A DNA stretch of 64,000 nt from Acidobacteriota bacterium (GCA_040755995.1 JBFMAF010000011.1:32001-96000); one strand, 5' to 3'; positions 11,359 through 24,467 are shown, counted from the stretch's first letter. Notes: generated by a model from the letters alone, not told the origin. Program-made: numbers and translations.

Positions 11359-11571
11359 TCACAGTTTTGTTCCTCGCTCGTACCAGGCCCCTCTGCGCTC
11401 GCCGTGGCGAAGGAGACGGCCATCCTTGACCAGGCGGTCCAGCAAGCGAGTGGCCTGATAGGGGCCGATCCGGCACAGTTCCGCTGCCTCGCGCCGCGTG
11501 ACCCTGCCGTGCTTCTCCACGTACTGCAGGGCTTCGTCGGACTTCCCGATCGCGTTGCCCTTACTGGCCAT
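11359..11571 (-). pseudogene. Winged-HTH C-terminal fragment resembling the tail of AlbA_2/RecG-like ATP-binding proteins, fused to the repeated leader
   Basis: LQYVEKHGRVTRREAAELCRIGPYQATRLLDRLV..G..RGAWYE. Confidence 0.6.
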
Positions 11572-11635
11572 ACCCAAGCTCCTTCAGGCAAGCGCCGATG
11601 GCACCGTCCAGCTTCGCAGCTTCCCCCTGCTGCCG
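11534..11635 (-). repeat. Copy 2 of hsdM 3' end plus downstream leader (~100 bp)
   Basis: Ungapped alignment with 12779-12880, roughly 80% identical by eye, including exact gccatacccaagctccttcagg. Confidence 0.9.
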
Positions 11636-11661
11636 CGCCCGCGGGATTGCAGCGACCCTCG

Positions 11662-12805
11662 TCACGCCCGTGCCTCCTGCTCCTCGACCCACTCAAGGAG
11701 CTTGCGTCTCAAGTCCTCCTTTGACGGCAAGTAGAGCTGATATTCCTTGGCGTGGATATGGGCGTCTTTGGGAAGGGTGATCTCCACTAGCGCATCGTGT
11801 TTCTTCTTGCAGAGGATGATGCCGACGGTCGGGTGTTCGTCTTCTGTCTTCACGTGGCGGTCGAAGTAGTTGGCATACATCTGCATCTGTCCAAGGTCCT
11901 GGTGGGTCAGCTTGCCGATCTTGAGGTCGATCAGCACATAGCAGCGGAGCAGTCTGTTGTAGAAGACTAGATCCACATAGAAATGATCTTCATCGAATGT
12001 GAACCGCTTCTGGCGGGCTTCGAAAAGGAATCCTTTCCCCAGCTCCAGTAGGAAGTGTTCGAGCCTGTCGATGATGGCGGACTCCAGGTCCGATTCCGAA
12101 TACCCCGATTTTTCATCGAGTCCCAGAAACTCCAGCACGTATGGTTCCTTCAGAAGATCCTGCGGCCCGGTGATGACCTGTCCCTCCTTGGCCAGTCTGC
12201 GGATTTCCGCCTTGTCTCGGCTCAGTGCCAGACGTTCGTAGAGGCTGGAGCTGAATTGACGCTTCAGTTCCCGGAGCGACCAACCGCACGAGGAGGCTTC
12301 GAGCTCGTAGAAGGCGCGCTCCTTTGGGTCTCCGATGCCCATCAGAAAGACGTAGTGAGACCAGCTCAACGGGAAGGATGGCTTGCCGGGGATGAGAACA
12401 CCCTGTGCTGCCGGCGCCATGCCGGATTCACCAGATGGCGTCCGGCGTTTCTTGCCTGCTCCCGATTGCCCAGACAGTGTCTGGGGAATTGAAGTGGACC
12501 GGGACCGGTACATCGAATAGAAACGACGCATGTACTCAAGATTGCTCTTGGAGAACCCCTTGCCGAACTCCGCAATCAGCCGTTCAGCCAGCTCTCTGAG
12601 GATGTGCTGTCCATACTCTGCTCTGACTAGCCCCTGCTGTTCGTGTTCCACGATCCGGCGGCCTATCTCAAAGCATGTCAGGACCTGCAGAATATCCACG
12701 CTGCGAACTGCCGCCCTTCGAGCCGACAGGATGAGGTTGCGGATATCTGCAAGGAGTGTGTCTACTCGCTCCAGCACCTCGTCGGAGTTCCCGATCTCGT
12801 TTTCC

Positions 12806-12816
<11 letters not shown>
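11662..12816 (-). CDS. PDDEXK nuclease domain protein (DUF1016/YhcG family)
   Basis: [64 protein letters not shown]. Confidence 0.95.
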
Positions 12817-14383
<1,567 letters not shown>

Positions 14384-14538
14384 CAGAGGCTCTCCTCAGA
14401 CTGCTTGAAGAATCACCCCTGCCGGACCCCGGGCACTCACTTACGAGTGCCATTTCATGAGGTGATTCCCGCCGGTCATTATACATCGAGCCCAGCCTGG
14501 TGAGAACGGCGATCAGGTCGAGTATCTCGGCCGGACAG

Positions 14539-15251
14539 CTACGATTGGAATTGAGGATGGTCTACGAAGAGATCGGGCCTCGCAGAGCGAAAAGAGTAGT
14601 GAGTTGAGGAATCGAGGATGATGTGGTCCAGGAATCGGAGGCCCGCGGCGGCAAGCGCGCGAGCAACAGCAGCTGTCAGGGCGCTGTCAGCCTCCGATGG
14701 CGATGGATCGCCGGAAGGGTGGCTATGCGCAATCAGCGCGGCAGAGGCGCGTGCCGCGAGCGCACGCTCGAGGATCTTGCGTGGATGCAGCAGCGCATCG
14801 TCGGCAGTCCCCGCGCAATGACCTCGTGACCCAGAACACCGTTCTTCGGATCGAGATGCAGGATGCGCACCTCTTCCTCGCGAGCTCCCAGGAAAGACTC
14901 ACCGAGGTACGATGCAGCCTCGGCTGGCGATGTGATCCGCTTGCGTCTGCTGAGCCTCTCGGGGCGTGCAGCCTCGAAGCGCAGAGCTGCCGCCAACCGA
15001 ATCAGGACCAATGCTGCGGGACCGACGCCTGGGACGCGGAGCAAGACTTCATCGGGTGCTGCGAGCACGCCTGCGACGCTGCCGCACTCGGCCAACAACT
15101 GTTTGGCGATCGGCTTCACATCGCGTCTCGGGATGGCGTAGGTCAGCAGCAGCTCGATCAGTTCGTGGTCGGAGAATGCACTCGCTCCGGAGCTCAGAAA
15201 CCGCGCCCGAAGCCGTTTCCTGTGACCCGATGCGTCCGGTGGCTTGTTCAC
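14539..15251 (-). pseudogene. radC: RadC/JAB domain protein with a frameshift at the G4 run 14809-14812
   Basis: GHRKRLRARF, ELIELLLTYAIPRRDVK; after the shift GTADDALLHPRKIL...AHSHPSGDPSPSEAD...FLDHII to TAG at 14539-14541. Confidence 0.85.
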
Positions 15252-16122
15252 TGGCTTTCCTCTCGCATGCTATCCCCGTGTGCCGGAGCACCAACTGTCA
15301 CGCCAGACGCGGACTCGCAGGATGAAGGTCTGTCCCATCGGACTCATCGGGAGGATTCTAATAGAGAACCCCCTCCGGTTGCGAGACCCGAGAGCTGCCC
15401 AAGTCTCAGTGTTGGCATCGGCCAGCTGGGGGTATAATGCACCAGTTCCATTCGAGGGAGAGGTTCAATGGACAAACGCATTCGCGATCCGATGGAGGTT
15501 GTCGGCAAGATCAGGGACGGCGCCACGATCATGGTCGGCGGGTTCGGTCTCTGTGGGATACCCGAGAACCTGATCCGGGCTCTGCGGGACAGCGGGGTCA
15601 AGGAGCTCACGATCATCAGCAACAACGCGGGGGCTGCCCAGGTGGGCCTGGCGCTGCTGCTGCAGACACGACAGATCCGCAAGGTGATCGGGTCGTATGT
15701 CGGTGACAACAAGCTCTACGAGGATCAGCTTCTCAAGGGAGAGATCGAGACCGAGCTGATTCCGCAAGGCACGTTCTCGGAGAGAATCCGGGCGGGTGGA
15801 GCCGGCATTGGAGGGTTCTACACGCCGACGGGCGCGGGAACGGTCATCGCGGAAGGGAAGGAGCACAGGACGATCGACGGGAGGGAGTACATCCTCGAGC
15901 TGCCGCTGCGCGCGGACTACGCGCTCGTCAAGGCCTGGAAAGGCGACTGGTGGGGGAATCTCGTCTATCGCAAGACCGCGCGCAACTTCAATCCGATGAT
16001 GGCCACAGCGGCGGATTGCACGATCGCCGAGGTTGAGATCCTCGTGAAGCCGGGCGAGATCCAGCCGGATGATGTCCACACGCCTGGGGTCTACGTCAAA
16101 CACATCTTCCAGGGAGCGCTCT

Positions 16123-16785
<663 letters not shown>

Positions 16786-16787
16786 AC

Positions 16788-17090
16788 GTGGAAGCCCACT
16801 CCGTCGTGATCGCCTACCTCCACTCTCCCAAGGAGAGGTTCTGGGGAATCGTGCTCGTTCTCAACCAGACGGGCCTCACGCTGCGAGGTGTGGATCTCGC
16901 CACATTCGACGACTGGACTCGTCAGGTCGCGAGCGGCGAGGAGCCCGCGATCGGACTCACCACGATGTTCTTCCCGATGGCCAGGATCGAGAAGCTCATC
17001 CTCGACGAAAGCAGCGGCTCGGCCATGTCCTTTTCCGATCAGTTCCTCGCACGCGTCGGGCGCAGCGTCAAGGAATACCTCGAGCTCTGA
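16788..17090 (+). CDS. Hypothetical small protein
   Basis: Operonic with scoB (2-nt gap), coding-like ORF. Confidence 0.7.
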   Translation: MEAHSVVIAYLHSPKERFWGIVLVLNQTGLTLRGVDLATFDDWTRQVASGEEPAIGLTTMFFPMARIEKLILDESSGSAMSFSDQFLARVGRSVKEYLEL

Positions 17091-17158
17091 ACTGACGGCA
17101 TCGCCGGTTGATGGTTGATATCAACCGACCGAATGCGATGGCGTGTCGGGCTGCCGGT

Positions 17159-18079
17159 TCAGTGGTTCGGGTCGCGCGGGATGTCACGTGGCGACCGCGT
17201 CGCCGATGGATTCCTTCGATCGCCGACCAGCGTCACCCACTCGCCCTCCCTGACTCTGGAAATCTGCCAGATCCCGTTCTGTTGCAGTGATCGCACGACC
17301 CGCGTCGCTTGCGGACCCTTGAGTATTCCCGAGAGCACGAGGCTGCCGGATCGGCGCAGGATAGCCACCATGTCCGGCACGAGTCCAACGATCGCGTCCG
17401 CGAGCAGGTTGGCCGCGATGAGGTCGTAGGGCGGATGAGGCGCGGCGGTGATATCGCCGTGAATAACGCGGACCGTCCGGCCCAGTTCGTTTCGGGCCAC
17501 GTTCCCGCGCGCGATCTCTACGGCCTCCTGGTCCCTGTCTACCGCGTCCACCCTCGATGCACCGAGCCGCGCAGCGGCCATCGCCAGGATACCTGTGCCT
17601 GTGCCCAGATCGAGCACCGTGTGCCCGGGTCTCACCAGGGTCTCGATCGCTTCCATGCACTGCCGCGTCGTGACATGGGTCCCCGTGCCGAAGGCGCGCT
17701 CGGCCGGCACCACAAGCACGATTCTGGCTTCGGAGCGCACCGACTCGACCGGGCTGACCAGAAAGCGTGAGCCGATCTCGACCGGCACCTGCCGCCGATT
17801 GAATTCCTCGAGCCACGTGTCCAGCCCTCGCGGCTCCTCCAGAATCGCGAACTCGATCTGCGTGTATCCGGGTGTGATCCGCTCGATCTTCTTCTTCAAT
17901 TGGGCAACGTTGGTGCCTCTATCGAAATAGGCGACGATTCTGACCCGCCGCTTCGGCGCGACATTCTCTTCGATGCCGAGCGTTCCCATCTCGTGGCACG
18001 CCATCGTGACGATGTCGGCTGATCGAGCCGGGCACGTCACTTCGATGCGCTTGTAGATCTTCGCGAGCTGGTCAGCCAT
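17159..18079 (-). CDS. prmA: Ribosomal protein L11 methyltransferase
   Basis: AFGTGTHVTT, VLDLGTGTGILA, YDLIAANL, LSGIL. Confidence 0.9.
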   Translation of the reverse strand: MADQLAKIYKRIEVTCPARSADIVTMACHEMGTLGIEENVAPKRRVRIVAYFDRGTNVAQLKKKIERITPGYTQIEFAILEEPRGLDTWLEEFNRRQVPVEIGSRFLVSPVESVRSEARIVLVVPAERAFGTGTHVTTRQCMEAIETLVRPGHTVLDLGTGTGILAMAAARLGASRVDAVDRDQEAVEIARGNVARNELGRTVRVIHGDITAAPHPPYDLIAANLLADAIVGLVPDMVAILRRSGSLVLSGILKGPQATRVVRSLQQNGIWQISRVREGEWVTLVGDRRNPSATRSPRDIPRDPNH

Positions 18080-18192
18080 TTTCCTCAGACGACGTTGAAT
18101 GTCCGCCCGACCAGCGCCTGTGCCTCCGGCGACGTGTGACGGAATCGAGCCGCCGCCGGCGCGCGGCCGACAACTGACAACTGCTCCAGAAG

Positions 18193-18239
18193 TTTTCCAC
18201 AGAAACTGTGGAAAAAGCTGTGGAAAGATCTGTGAATGG
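18193..18239. promoter_or_regulatory. Cluster of four DnaA-box-like 9-mers
   Basis: TTTTCCACA (18193), then TGTGGAAAA, TGTGGAAAG, TGTGAATGG at 18207/18219/18231. Confidence 0.55.
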
Positions 18240-18311
18240 AGTCGGAAATCACTGACAACAAATTCGTTTCTTCAGATTGCACACGTTCTCGGCAAGTCAG
18301 AATTTCGACAC

Positions 18312-20306
18312 CTACTGGGCGTGTCTTGCGCGCCTGGAGTCCCAGTAGAGGTAGAGGCTGAGGAGCGCGAAGAGGGCGATGCCGGCGGGCTCGCCATATC
18401 GCGCGTACCACTCCGCGGGCGTGCCGTCCACCCATCTCTTGCCGTCGAGTACCTGCGGAATCCCGAGGCTGATGAACTGGCTCAGGCCGAAGAACCTGAC
18501 CACTACGCCGAGGATTCCCATCAGCGCACCGCCGGCGATGAACCCCGATGCGATGAGCGTCCCACGAGCGGATCGGGCGGCGCCCGTCTTCGCATCAGGG
18601 GCCCGGTTCTCCAGCAGGTGAGCGATGAACCCGCCGACGATCAGCGGCGTGTTGACCTCCATGGGGAGGTACATGCCGAGCGCTACCGGGAGCGGGCTGA
18701 TCTTGATCATCTGCATCACGATCGATATCAGGGCGCCGATTCCGTAAAGGATCCACGGCACGGGATTCTGGGACATCATCGATTCGATGATGGTCTTCAT
18801 GAGCTTGGCCTGCGGCGCCGGTGTCTTCTCCCACCCGTCGGTGGCATTAATAAGGAATATGGCGAGCCCCACGAACAAGGCGGCCAGAATGATCCCGGTG
18901 AACTTGAATCTTTCCTGATTGCGCGGGGTCGACCCGATCCAGTACCCGATCTTGAGGTCGGTGATGAACCCGCCGGCGACGCTCAGCGCCGTGCAGACGA
19001 CTCCGCCGATGAGCAGCGATGCGAACATCCCGGGTCTCCCCTCCAGACCCATCTTCATCAGGACCAGGCTGCCGAGTATCAGCGTGACGAGCGTCATGCC
19101 GGACACGGGGTTGGTGCCGACGATGGCGGTTGCGTTCGCCGCGACCGTTGTAAACAGGAAGCTGAGGATGAAGGCGATCAGGATGCCGACGAGCGCGATC
19201 GAGAACGTTGTCAGGGTCTTGAAGAAGACCAGCAGCACGACGCCGGTGATGCCGATGACCATGATGACGGTGCTCATGCGGAGATCGCGGTCCGTGCGGA
19301 TGTTGGTCGCAACTCCCTTGGCGCCTTTGAATATCTCGTGGAAGCCGAGCGAAAAAGAGGCGAGGATGATCCTCGCCGACTTGATGATCCCAATGAACCC
19401 GGCGCAGGCCATGGCGCCGATGCCGATCGTGCGCGCGTACGTGCGAAAGATGTCACCGGCGGCCATCTCGGAGAGTGGTGTCGTTCCGGGGTAGACGGGC
19501 ACGTTCACATGCTGGCCGATGTATCCGATCAGCGGAACGATCAGCCAGCAGGAGAAGAAGCTCCCGGCGCAGATGATGGCGGAATAGCGGAGACCGATGA
19601 TGTAGCCGAGGCCGAGCAGAGAAGAAAGACCGTCTACTCTGAAGATGATCTTCGCCTTTTCGGTCAGTGCCCGGCCCCATTCGAAACTCTGCAGCGTGAT
19701 GTTCTCCGTCCAGAGCGTCACGCTCCCGACGAGGAAATCGTATAGCCCGCCGATCGCCATCGCACCCAGCAGCACCTTCGCCTGCGCGCCGCCGGCCTCC
19801 CCCGTCACCAGCACCTCGGTCGTCGCAGTGGCCTCGGGGTACGGCAGCTTCCCGTGGAGCTCCGCAACGAAGTACCGTCGAAGCGGTATCAAGAACGCGA
19901 TGCCGAGACATCCGCCCAGCAGCGCCACCAGGAATATCTGATAGAGACTCGGGCTCAACTCGAGCATGAACAGCGCCGGGATCGTGAAGATCGCTCCGGC
20001 CACCACCACACCGCTCGCGGCGCCGATCGACTGAATGATCACGTTCTCGAGAATGGTGTTCTTGCGCCGGAAGAGATTCCCGAGGCCCACGGCCAGGATC
20101 GAAATCGGTATGGCCGCCTCGAACACCTGCCCGACCTTCAGCCCCAGATAGGTCGCCGCAAACGAAAAGATGACGCACATGAACATCCCGGCCGCAAGCG
20201 ACCGCGTCGTCACCTCTTCGATCACCCGCCCCGCCGGTACGAACGGCTGGTACTGCTCGCCGGATTTGAGCTCCTTGTACGCGTTCTCTGGAAGTCGCTG
20301 AGCCAT
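18312..20306 (-). CDS. OPT family oligopeptide transporter
   Basis: YLGLKVGQVFEAAIP, ENVIIQSIG, LPYPEATAT, DLKIGYWIG, APQA motifs. Confidence 0.95.
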   Translation of the reverse strand: MAQRLPENAYKELKSGEQYQPFVPAGRVIEEVTTRSLAAGMFMCVIFSFAATYLGLKVGQVFEAAIPISILAVGLGNLFRRKNTILENVIIQSIGAASGVVVAGAIFTIPALFMLELSPSLYQIFLVALLGGCLGIAFLIPLRRYFVAELHGKLPYPEATATTEVLVTGEAGGAQAKVLLGAMAIGGLYDFLVGSVTLWTENITLQSFEWGRALTEKAKIIFRVDGLSSLLGLGYIIGLRYSAIICAGSFFSCWLIVPLIGYIGQHVNVPVYPGTTPLSEMAAGDIFRTYARTIGIGAMACAGFIGIIKSARIILASFSLGFHEIFKGAKGVATNIRTDRDLRMSTVIMVIGITGVVLLVFFKTLTTFSIALVGILIAFILSFLFTTVAANATAIVGTNPVSGMTLVTLILGSLVLMKMGLEGRPGMFASLLIGGVVCTALSVAGGFITDLKIGYWIGSTPRNQERFKFTGIILAALFVGLAIFLINATDGWEKTPAPQAKLMKTIIESMMSQNPVPWILYGIGALISIVMQMIKISPLPVALGMYLPMEVNTPLIVGGFIAHLLENRAPDAKTGAARSARGTLIASGFIAGGALMGILGVVVRFFGLSQFISLGIPQVLDGKRWVDGTPAEWYARYGEPAGIALFALLSLYLYWDSRRARHAQ

Positions 20307-20330
20307 CGCAGCCCGTCTCCTGTGTGAATA

Positions 20331-20367
20331 GAGTTGACAGTTGTCGGTTGTCAGTTGTCAGTTGTCG
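20331..20367. repeat. Heptamer tandem repeat (CAGTTGT-like)
   Basis: gttgaca gttgtcg gttgtca gttgtca gttgtcg. Confidence 0.8.
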
Positions 20368-20502
20368 AACGGTATCGGTCGCGGCCCGAAGCAGCGCGCG
20401 TGGGGAGAACCGATGTTGAGTCCATACAGCGCGACACAAATCGCGCTGTATGAGCACGATCCCAGCCATTGCGCCCCAGATCTGAAATCTGAAATCTGAA
20501 AA

Positions 20503-22539
20503 TCATCTCAGGTACTTCCGCCACCAGTCCAGAATGCGATTCATTCGATCGAGCCTGTGGAGCGGCTCGCCTCCGTATCGCCACTCGTGGCTCTCTCGCG
20601 GGTAGCACAGGAAGGTTACATCCTTGCCCAGCCGCTTGAGCGTGACGAACCATTGTTCGGCCTGGTCGACACCCGTCCGGTAATCGTCTTCGCCGTGTAT
20701 GATGAGTAGCGGCGTCGTCACGTTCTTCGCGTACGTGATCGGCGAGAGCCTCCTGTACAGTGCTTCGTTCTCCCAAGGCAGTCCCAGCTCGTTCTCCCAA
20801 TCGACCTGGCAGTCATCCGTGCCGTAACTGCTGTAGTAGTTCGACAGCCCTTCCTCCGAAACGGCCGCCTTGAAGCGGTTTGTATGTCCGACAATCCAGT
20901 TGGTCATGATGCCGCCGTAGCTGAGCCCTGTGACGGCCATCCGCTTCTCGTCGACGTATCCAGTGGCCAGGGCCGCATCCACGGCGGCCATGAGGTCCTG
21001 GTAGTCGAGCTCCCCCCAGTTCGCTTTGATACAATCGACGAATGCCTGACCATAGCCGCTGCTGCCCCGTGGATTCGCGTAGAGAATCACATAGCCAGCT
21101 CCCGCCCACACCTGCCTCTCGAAGCTGAACGCGTTTCCGTAAAACCAGATGGGGCCACCATGGATCGCAAGAATAAGCGGATACTTCTTCGAGGGATCGA
21201 AGCCGGGCGGCTTGAGAAGCCACCCGTCGACCGGTGTCCCGTCCTTCGAGCGGATGCGGAGCCGTTCCGGCGCAACCACACACCGATCCTTCAGCCTGTC
21301 CCGCTGATGGAAGGTCAGCCGCTGAGCCGAGCTGCCGTCGATCGTCGAAACGTAGAGCTCCGTCGATTCGGTCGCAGTCTGCCGGCCATGCAGAAGCCTC
21401 TTGTCGGCATTCACAAGATGCGGGTACTCGATCTGGCCCTCGATGCCCAGCACTCGCTCGGGCCGGCCTCCACGCACCGCGTCGCACCGGTAGAGGACCG
21501 CATCGGGGCCAATCTGAAGCACGACATAAACAGACTTGCCGTCGCGACTCCACCTCGGCGCACACTCCCAACCGTCATCATATCCCTCGTAGGTCACATT
21601 CCGGTCGAATGCGCCGGTGAGGTTGCGTATGCTCGAGGCCATCCCCGCGGCCACGGGCAGATCCATGACCCAGAGATCGTCGGTCGCGTAGTAGTCGTTC
21701 GGCCGGCGCGCGCGTAAGAACGCGACACGGCGTCCATCGGGCGAATAGCGCGCCCGAGCCTCTCCTTCGGGCGTCTCCGTGATCCGGCGAAACGCGTACG
21801 GGTCCGCCGTCCCAGTCAAGGAGACCGTGCAGATGTCGCTGTTGTAGTTGAAATCGTGATCGGTCGTGACGTTCGCAGTAAAGAGGATGGTCTTCCCGTC
21901 CGGCGAGTAGACGGGGCCGGCTATCGAGAAGAGGTCATCTGTGAGCCGGCGGACCTGCCCGGTTCTCACGTCGCCTTCGTAAATCTGTTCCTCGTGCTCG
22001 TCCAGATAACCGACGTCGTCGATTCTGTACCGAAATCTCGTGATGACCTTCACGTCGGTCGCAGGCTCCGGTCGCGGCACCTTCGCCAGAAAACAGATCC
22101 GCTTCGAATCCGGCGCCCACGCGATCGAAGACATGTCGGAATCGAGACTGAAAGCCACGTACGGCTCACCACCTCTGCGCCTCAGCAGGTAGACCAGCGC
22201 CTTCCCGCCGCGATCGCTTACGAATGCGATCCACTCGCCGTCCGGTGAGTAGCGCGGCTCGGTGTCGCGACAATCCCCTCGAGTCAACTGCACCGGCGGC
22301 TCGCCGCCCGCAAGGCCGACCTCATAGATGTTGCTGCAGTAGGCGTTCTTCGCGCGATCGATCGTGGTCAAAACATATGCGGCATGCCGCCCGTCAGGTG
22401 CTACGACCGGATCAGAGATCCCGCACTCCTTCCAGAGATCCTCGGGGGTGAGCGGCCTCAAGTCGCCGGAATAAGCCGGCCGCCACCAGAGGCAACAAAC
22501 GAGGAGAGCCAGCAACACCCGCATAGCCAAGCGATGCAT
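20503..22539 (-). CDS. S9 family (acylaminoacyl/dipeptidyl) peptidase, secreted
   Basis: Signal peptide, PD40/TolB-like propeller, IHGGP, NPRGSSGYG, GLSYGG nucleophile, HGEDD, ESH. Confidence 0.93.
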   Translation of the reverse strand: MHRLAMRVLLALLVCCLWWRPAYSGDLRPLTPEDLWKECGISDPVVAPDGRHAAYVLTTIDRAKNAYCSNIYEVGLAGGEPPVQLTRGDCRDTEPRYSPDGEWIAFVSDRGGKALVYLLRRRGGEPYVAFSLDSDMSSIAWAPDSKRICFLAKVPRPEPATDVKVITRFRYRIDDVGYLDEHEEQIYEGDVRTGQVRRLTDDLFSIAGPVYSPDGKTILFTANVTTDHDFNYNSDICTVSLTGTADPYAFRRITETPEGEARARYSPDGRRVAFLRARRPNDYYATDDLWVMDLPVAAGMASSIRNLTGAFDRNVTYEGYDDGWECAPRWSRDGKSVYVVLQIGPDAVLYRCDAVRGGRPERVLGIEGQIEYPHLVNADKRLLHGRQTATESTELYVSTIDGSSAQRLTFHQRDRLKDRCVVAPERLRIRSKDGTPVDGWLLKPPGFDPSKKYPLILAIHGGPIWFYGNAFSFERQVWAGAGYVILYANPRGSSGYGQAFVDCIKANWGELDYQDLMAAVDAALATGYVDEKRMAVTGLSYGGIMTNWIVGHTNRFKAAVSEEGLSNYYSSYGTDDCQVDWENELGLPWENEALYRRLSPITYAKNVTTPLLIIHGEDDYRTGVDQAEQWFVTLKRLGKDVTFLCYPRESHEWRYGGEPLHRLDRMNRILDWWRKYLR

Positions 22540-22590
22540 TCTATTACACTCACCACTTCGCCGCTACAAGCGAAGTGGAGCAAGTCGGAT

Positions 22591-22675
22591 AGTTGAGAGT
22601 TGTGGGTTGTCAGTTGGCCCAAGGCCGCGGAGGGTGGCTCAGAACTCCCAACTGACAACCGTGGCCAGACAACTG
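22591..22675. repeat. Heptamer arrays in inverted arrangement (13-bp IR 22605-22617 / 22648-22660)
   Basis: ggttgtcagttgg ... ccaactgacaacc. Confidence 0.75.
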
Positions 22676-22788
22676 CCCCCTCCGCGCCCTCCGTTGGATT
22701 CGGCCCCCGAAGCGAAGATTAAAGGGTTTTCACGATTTGACCTCCGGCTTCCTGTTATGGTAAAAAGACCCCCTTTGGACAGGCGGAT

Positions 22789-23205
22789 ATGATCAGTATA
22801 GACGCGTCAGTCTTCATCATCATCGCGGTCATCGTTTTTCTCGTCTTCGCCCTCAACCGTCTTTTCTTCAGACCAGTGCTCCGGACGATGGAGGCCCGTG
22901 ATCAGCAGATCACGGGACGCCAGCAGGAAGCGTCGCGGATGCTCGAGGAGCATGCGAAGCAGTTCGCCGCGTTCCAGGCCGAGCTCGGCAAGGCTCGGCG
23001 CCAGGCGGGCGACTTCAAGGCGCGGGAGCGAAGCGAAGCGCAGCGGATGGGCAGCGACGAGATCGGCTCCGCCCAGCGCGCTGCGCACCAGCGCCTCGAG
23101 CAACAACTGGTGAGCCTGGATCAGCAGAAGTCGCGCGCGCGCGCCGATCTCTCGGCTCACATCGCGAAACTGGCACAGACCATCGCCGGGTACTTCGTCC
23201 GATGA
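22789..23205 (+). CDS. atpF: ATP synthase F0 subunit b'
   Basis: N-terminal TM then LNRLFFRPV..MEAR coiled-coil; first gene of atp operon. Confidence 0.85.
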   Translation: MISIDASVFIIIAVIVFLVFALNRLFFRPVLRTMEARDQQITGRQQEASRMLEEHAKQFAAFQAELGKARRQAGDFKARERSEAQRMGSDEIGSAQRAAHQRLEQQLVSLDQQKSRARADLSAHIAKLAQTIAGYFVR

Positions 23206-23786
23206 AGAGAACACTAGCAGCCGTCGCTCTACTACTCCTGCTTGCGATCCCCGTCCTCGCCCTGACCGAGACCGAGCACGAAGGTTCACCTGAGGGCGAA
23301 CACCACCAGAGCCTCGTTTCCCAGATCGCCCCGTACATCAACTTCGCCATACTCGTCGGGTTGCTCGTCTATCTGACGCGCAAGCCCATGGCCGAGTTCC
23401 TCGCGCAGAAACGCGAGGCGATCCAGAAGATGTTGAAGGACTCCGAGGCTGCGCGCGACGCGGCGGTCAGGAAGATGGACGAGCTGCAGGCGAGGCTCGA
23501 TGGGCTCCAGGGAGAGATCGATCAGATAAGAGCCAATGCGGAACGGGAGGCGCAGGCCGAGAAAGAGCGCCTCCTCCAGGAGGCCAAAGAGGAGGCCAGG
23601 CGGATACTCGATGCGACCGACAAGGAGGTCTCGAATCGAGTGAAGCTGGCCATGCGCGAGCTGAAAGCGTTCGCGGCGACCGAGGCGGTGGCGCAGGCCG
23701 AGGAGATCATCAAGCAGAACCTGGGTGACGAGAACCAAGAGTCCCTCATCAACAAGTACCTGGACAACCTCTCGAGAAGCTCATGA
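23202..23786 (+). CDS. atpF: ATP synthase F0 subunit b
   Basis: INFAILVGLLVY..RKP TM, long coiled-coil; N-terminal signal-like helix with His-rich loop. Confidence 0.9.
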   Translation: MKRTLAAVALLLLLAIPVLALTETEHEGSPEGEHHQSLVSQIAPYINFAILVGLLVYLTRKPMAEFLAQKREAIQKMLKDSEAARDAAVRKMDELQARLDGLQGEIDQIRANAEREAQAEKERLLQEAKEEARRILDATDKEVSNRVKLAMRELKAFAATEAVAQAEEIIKQNLGDENQESLINKYLDNLSRSS

Positions 23787-24325
23787 TTGTCGAAATTCTG
23801 GCCAGAAGATACGCAAAGGCGTTCGTGAACACGCTCGCGAGCCCGGCCGAGTTCTCCGCGGCCATGGCGGACCTGAAGAGGGTGGATTCACTCATTGCGG
23901 AGCACAAGGACCTGCGCGATGCGCTCTTCCACCCTTCTCTGCCCAACCAGAAGAAGAGCGACGTCCTGCGGAGCGTTCTGTCCCTGCTGAAGATATCGGC
24001 GAAGGCGGAGAGCTTTTGCCTGGCGGTCGTGCAGCGCGGCCGGATCATCATAATCCGCGAGATCGTGGCCGCGGTGGAGAAGGAGTGGGAGCGGCGGCGG
24101 AGGATCGTGGAAGTCGAGATTCGCAGTGCGATTCCGCTCAAGTCGGCACAGCGCGAACGCCTGGAAGCGGAGCTCGCGCGCATCACGAGCTCCATGCTCA
24201 AGCCCATCTACAAGCTCGACAGCTCGGTGATGGCCGGTGTGGTGGCGCGGATCGGGACGACTTACTACGACGGTAGTCTGAAAGGCCAGCTCGAGCGGAT
24301 CCGCCAGACGCTCACCGAGAGCTGA
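23783..24325 (+). CDS. atpH: ATP synthase F1 delta
   Basis: ARRYAKA, YDGSLKGQL. Confidence 0.93.
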   Translation: MIVEILARRYAKAFVNTLASPAEFSAAMADLKRVDSLIAEHKDLRDALFHPSLPNQKKSDVLRSVLSLLKISAKAESFCLAVVQRGRIIIIREIVAAVEKEWERRRRIVEVEIRSAIPLKSAQRERLEAELARITSSMLKPIYKLDSSVMAGVVARIGTTYYDGSLKGQLERIRQTLTES

Positions 24326-24467
24326 ACCGCGCGCGTACACGATGAGCCGGAACACCATGTTCTCAGCGATGGATCGGGCGGGATCCACGATGATAGTGAA
24401 ATCCTCATGGAGTAGTTCGTTCCCGAACGACATATTCGACTACATGTCTTACTAGTCCGGAGTGCAT

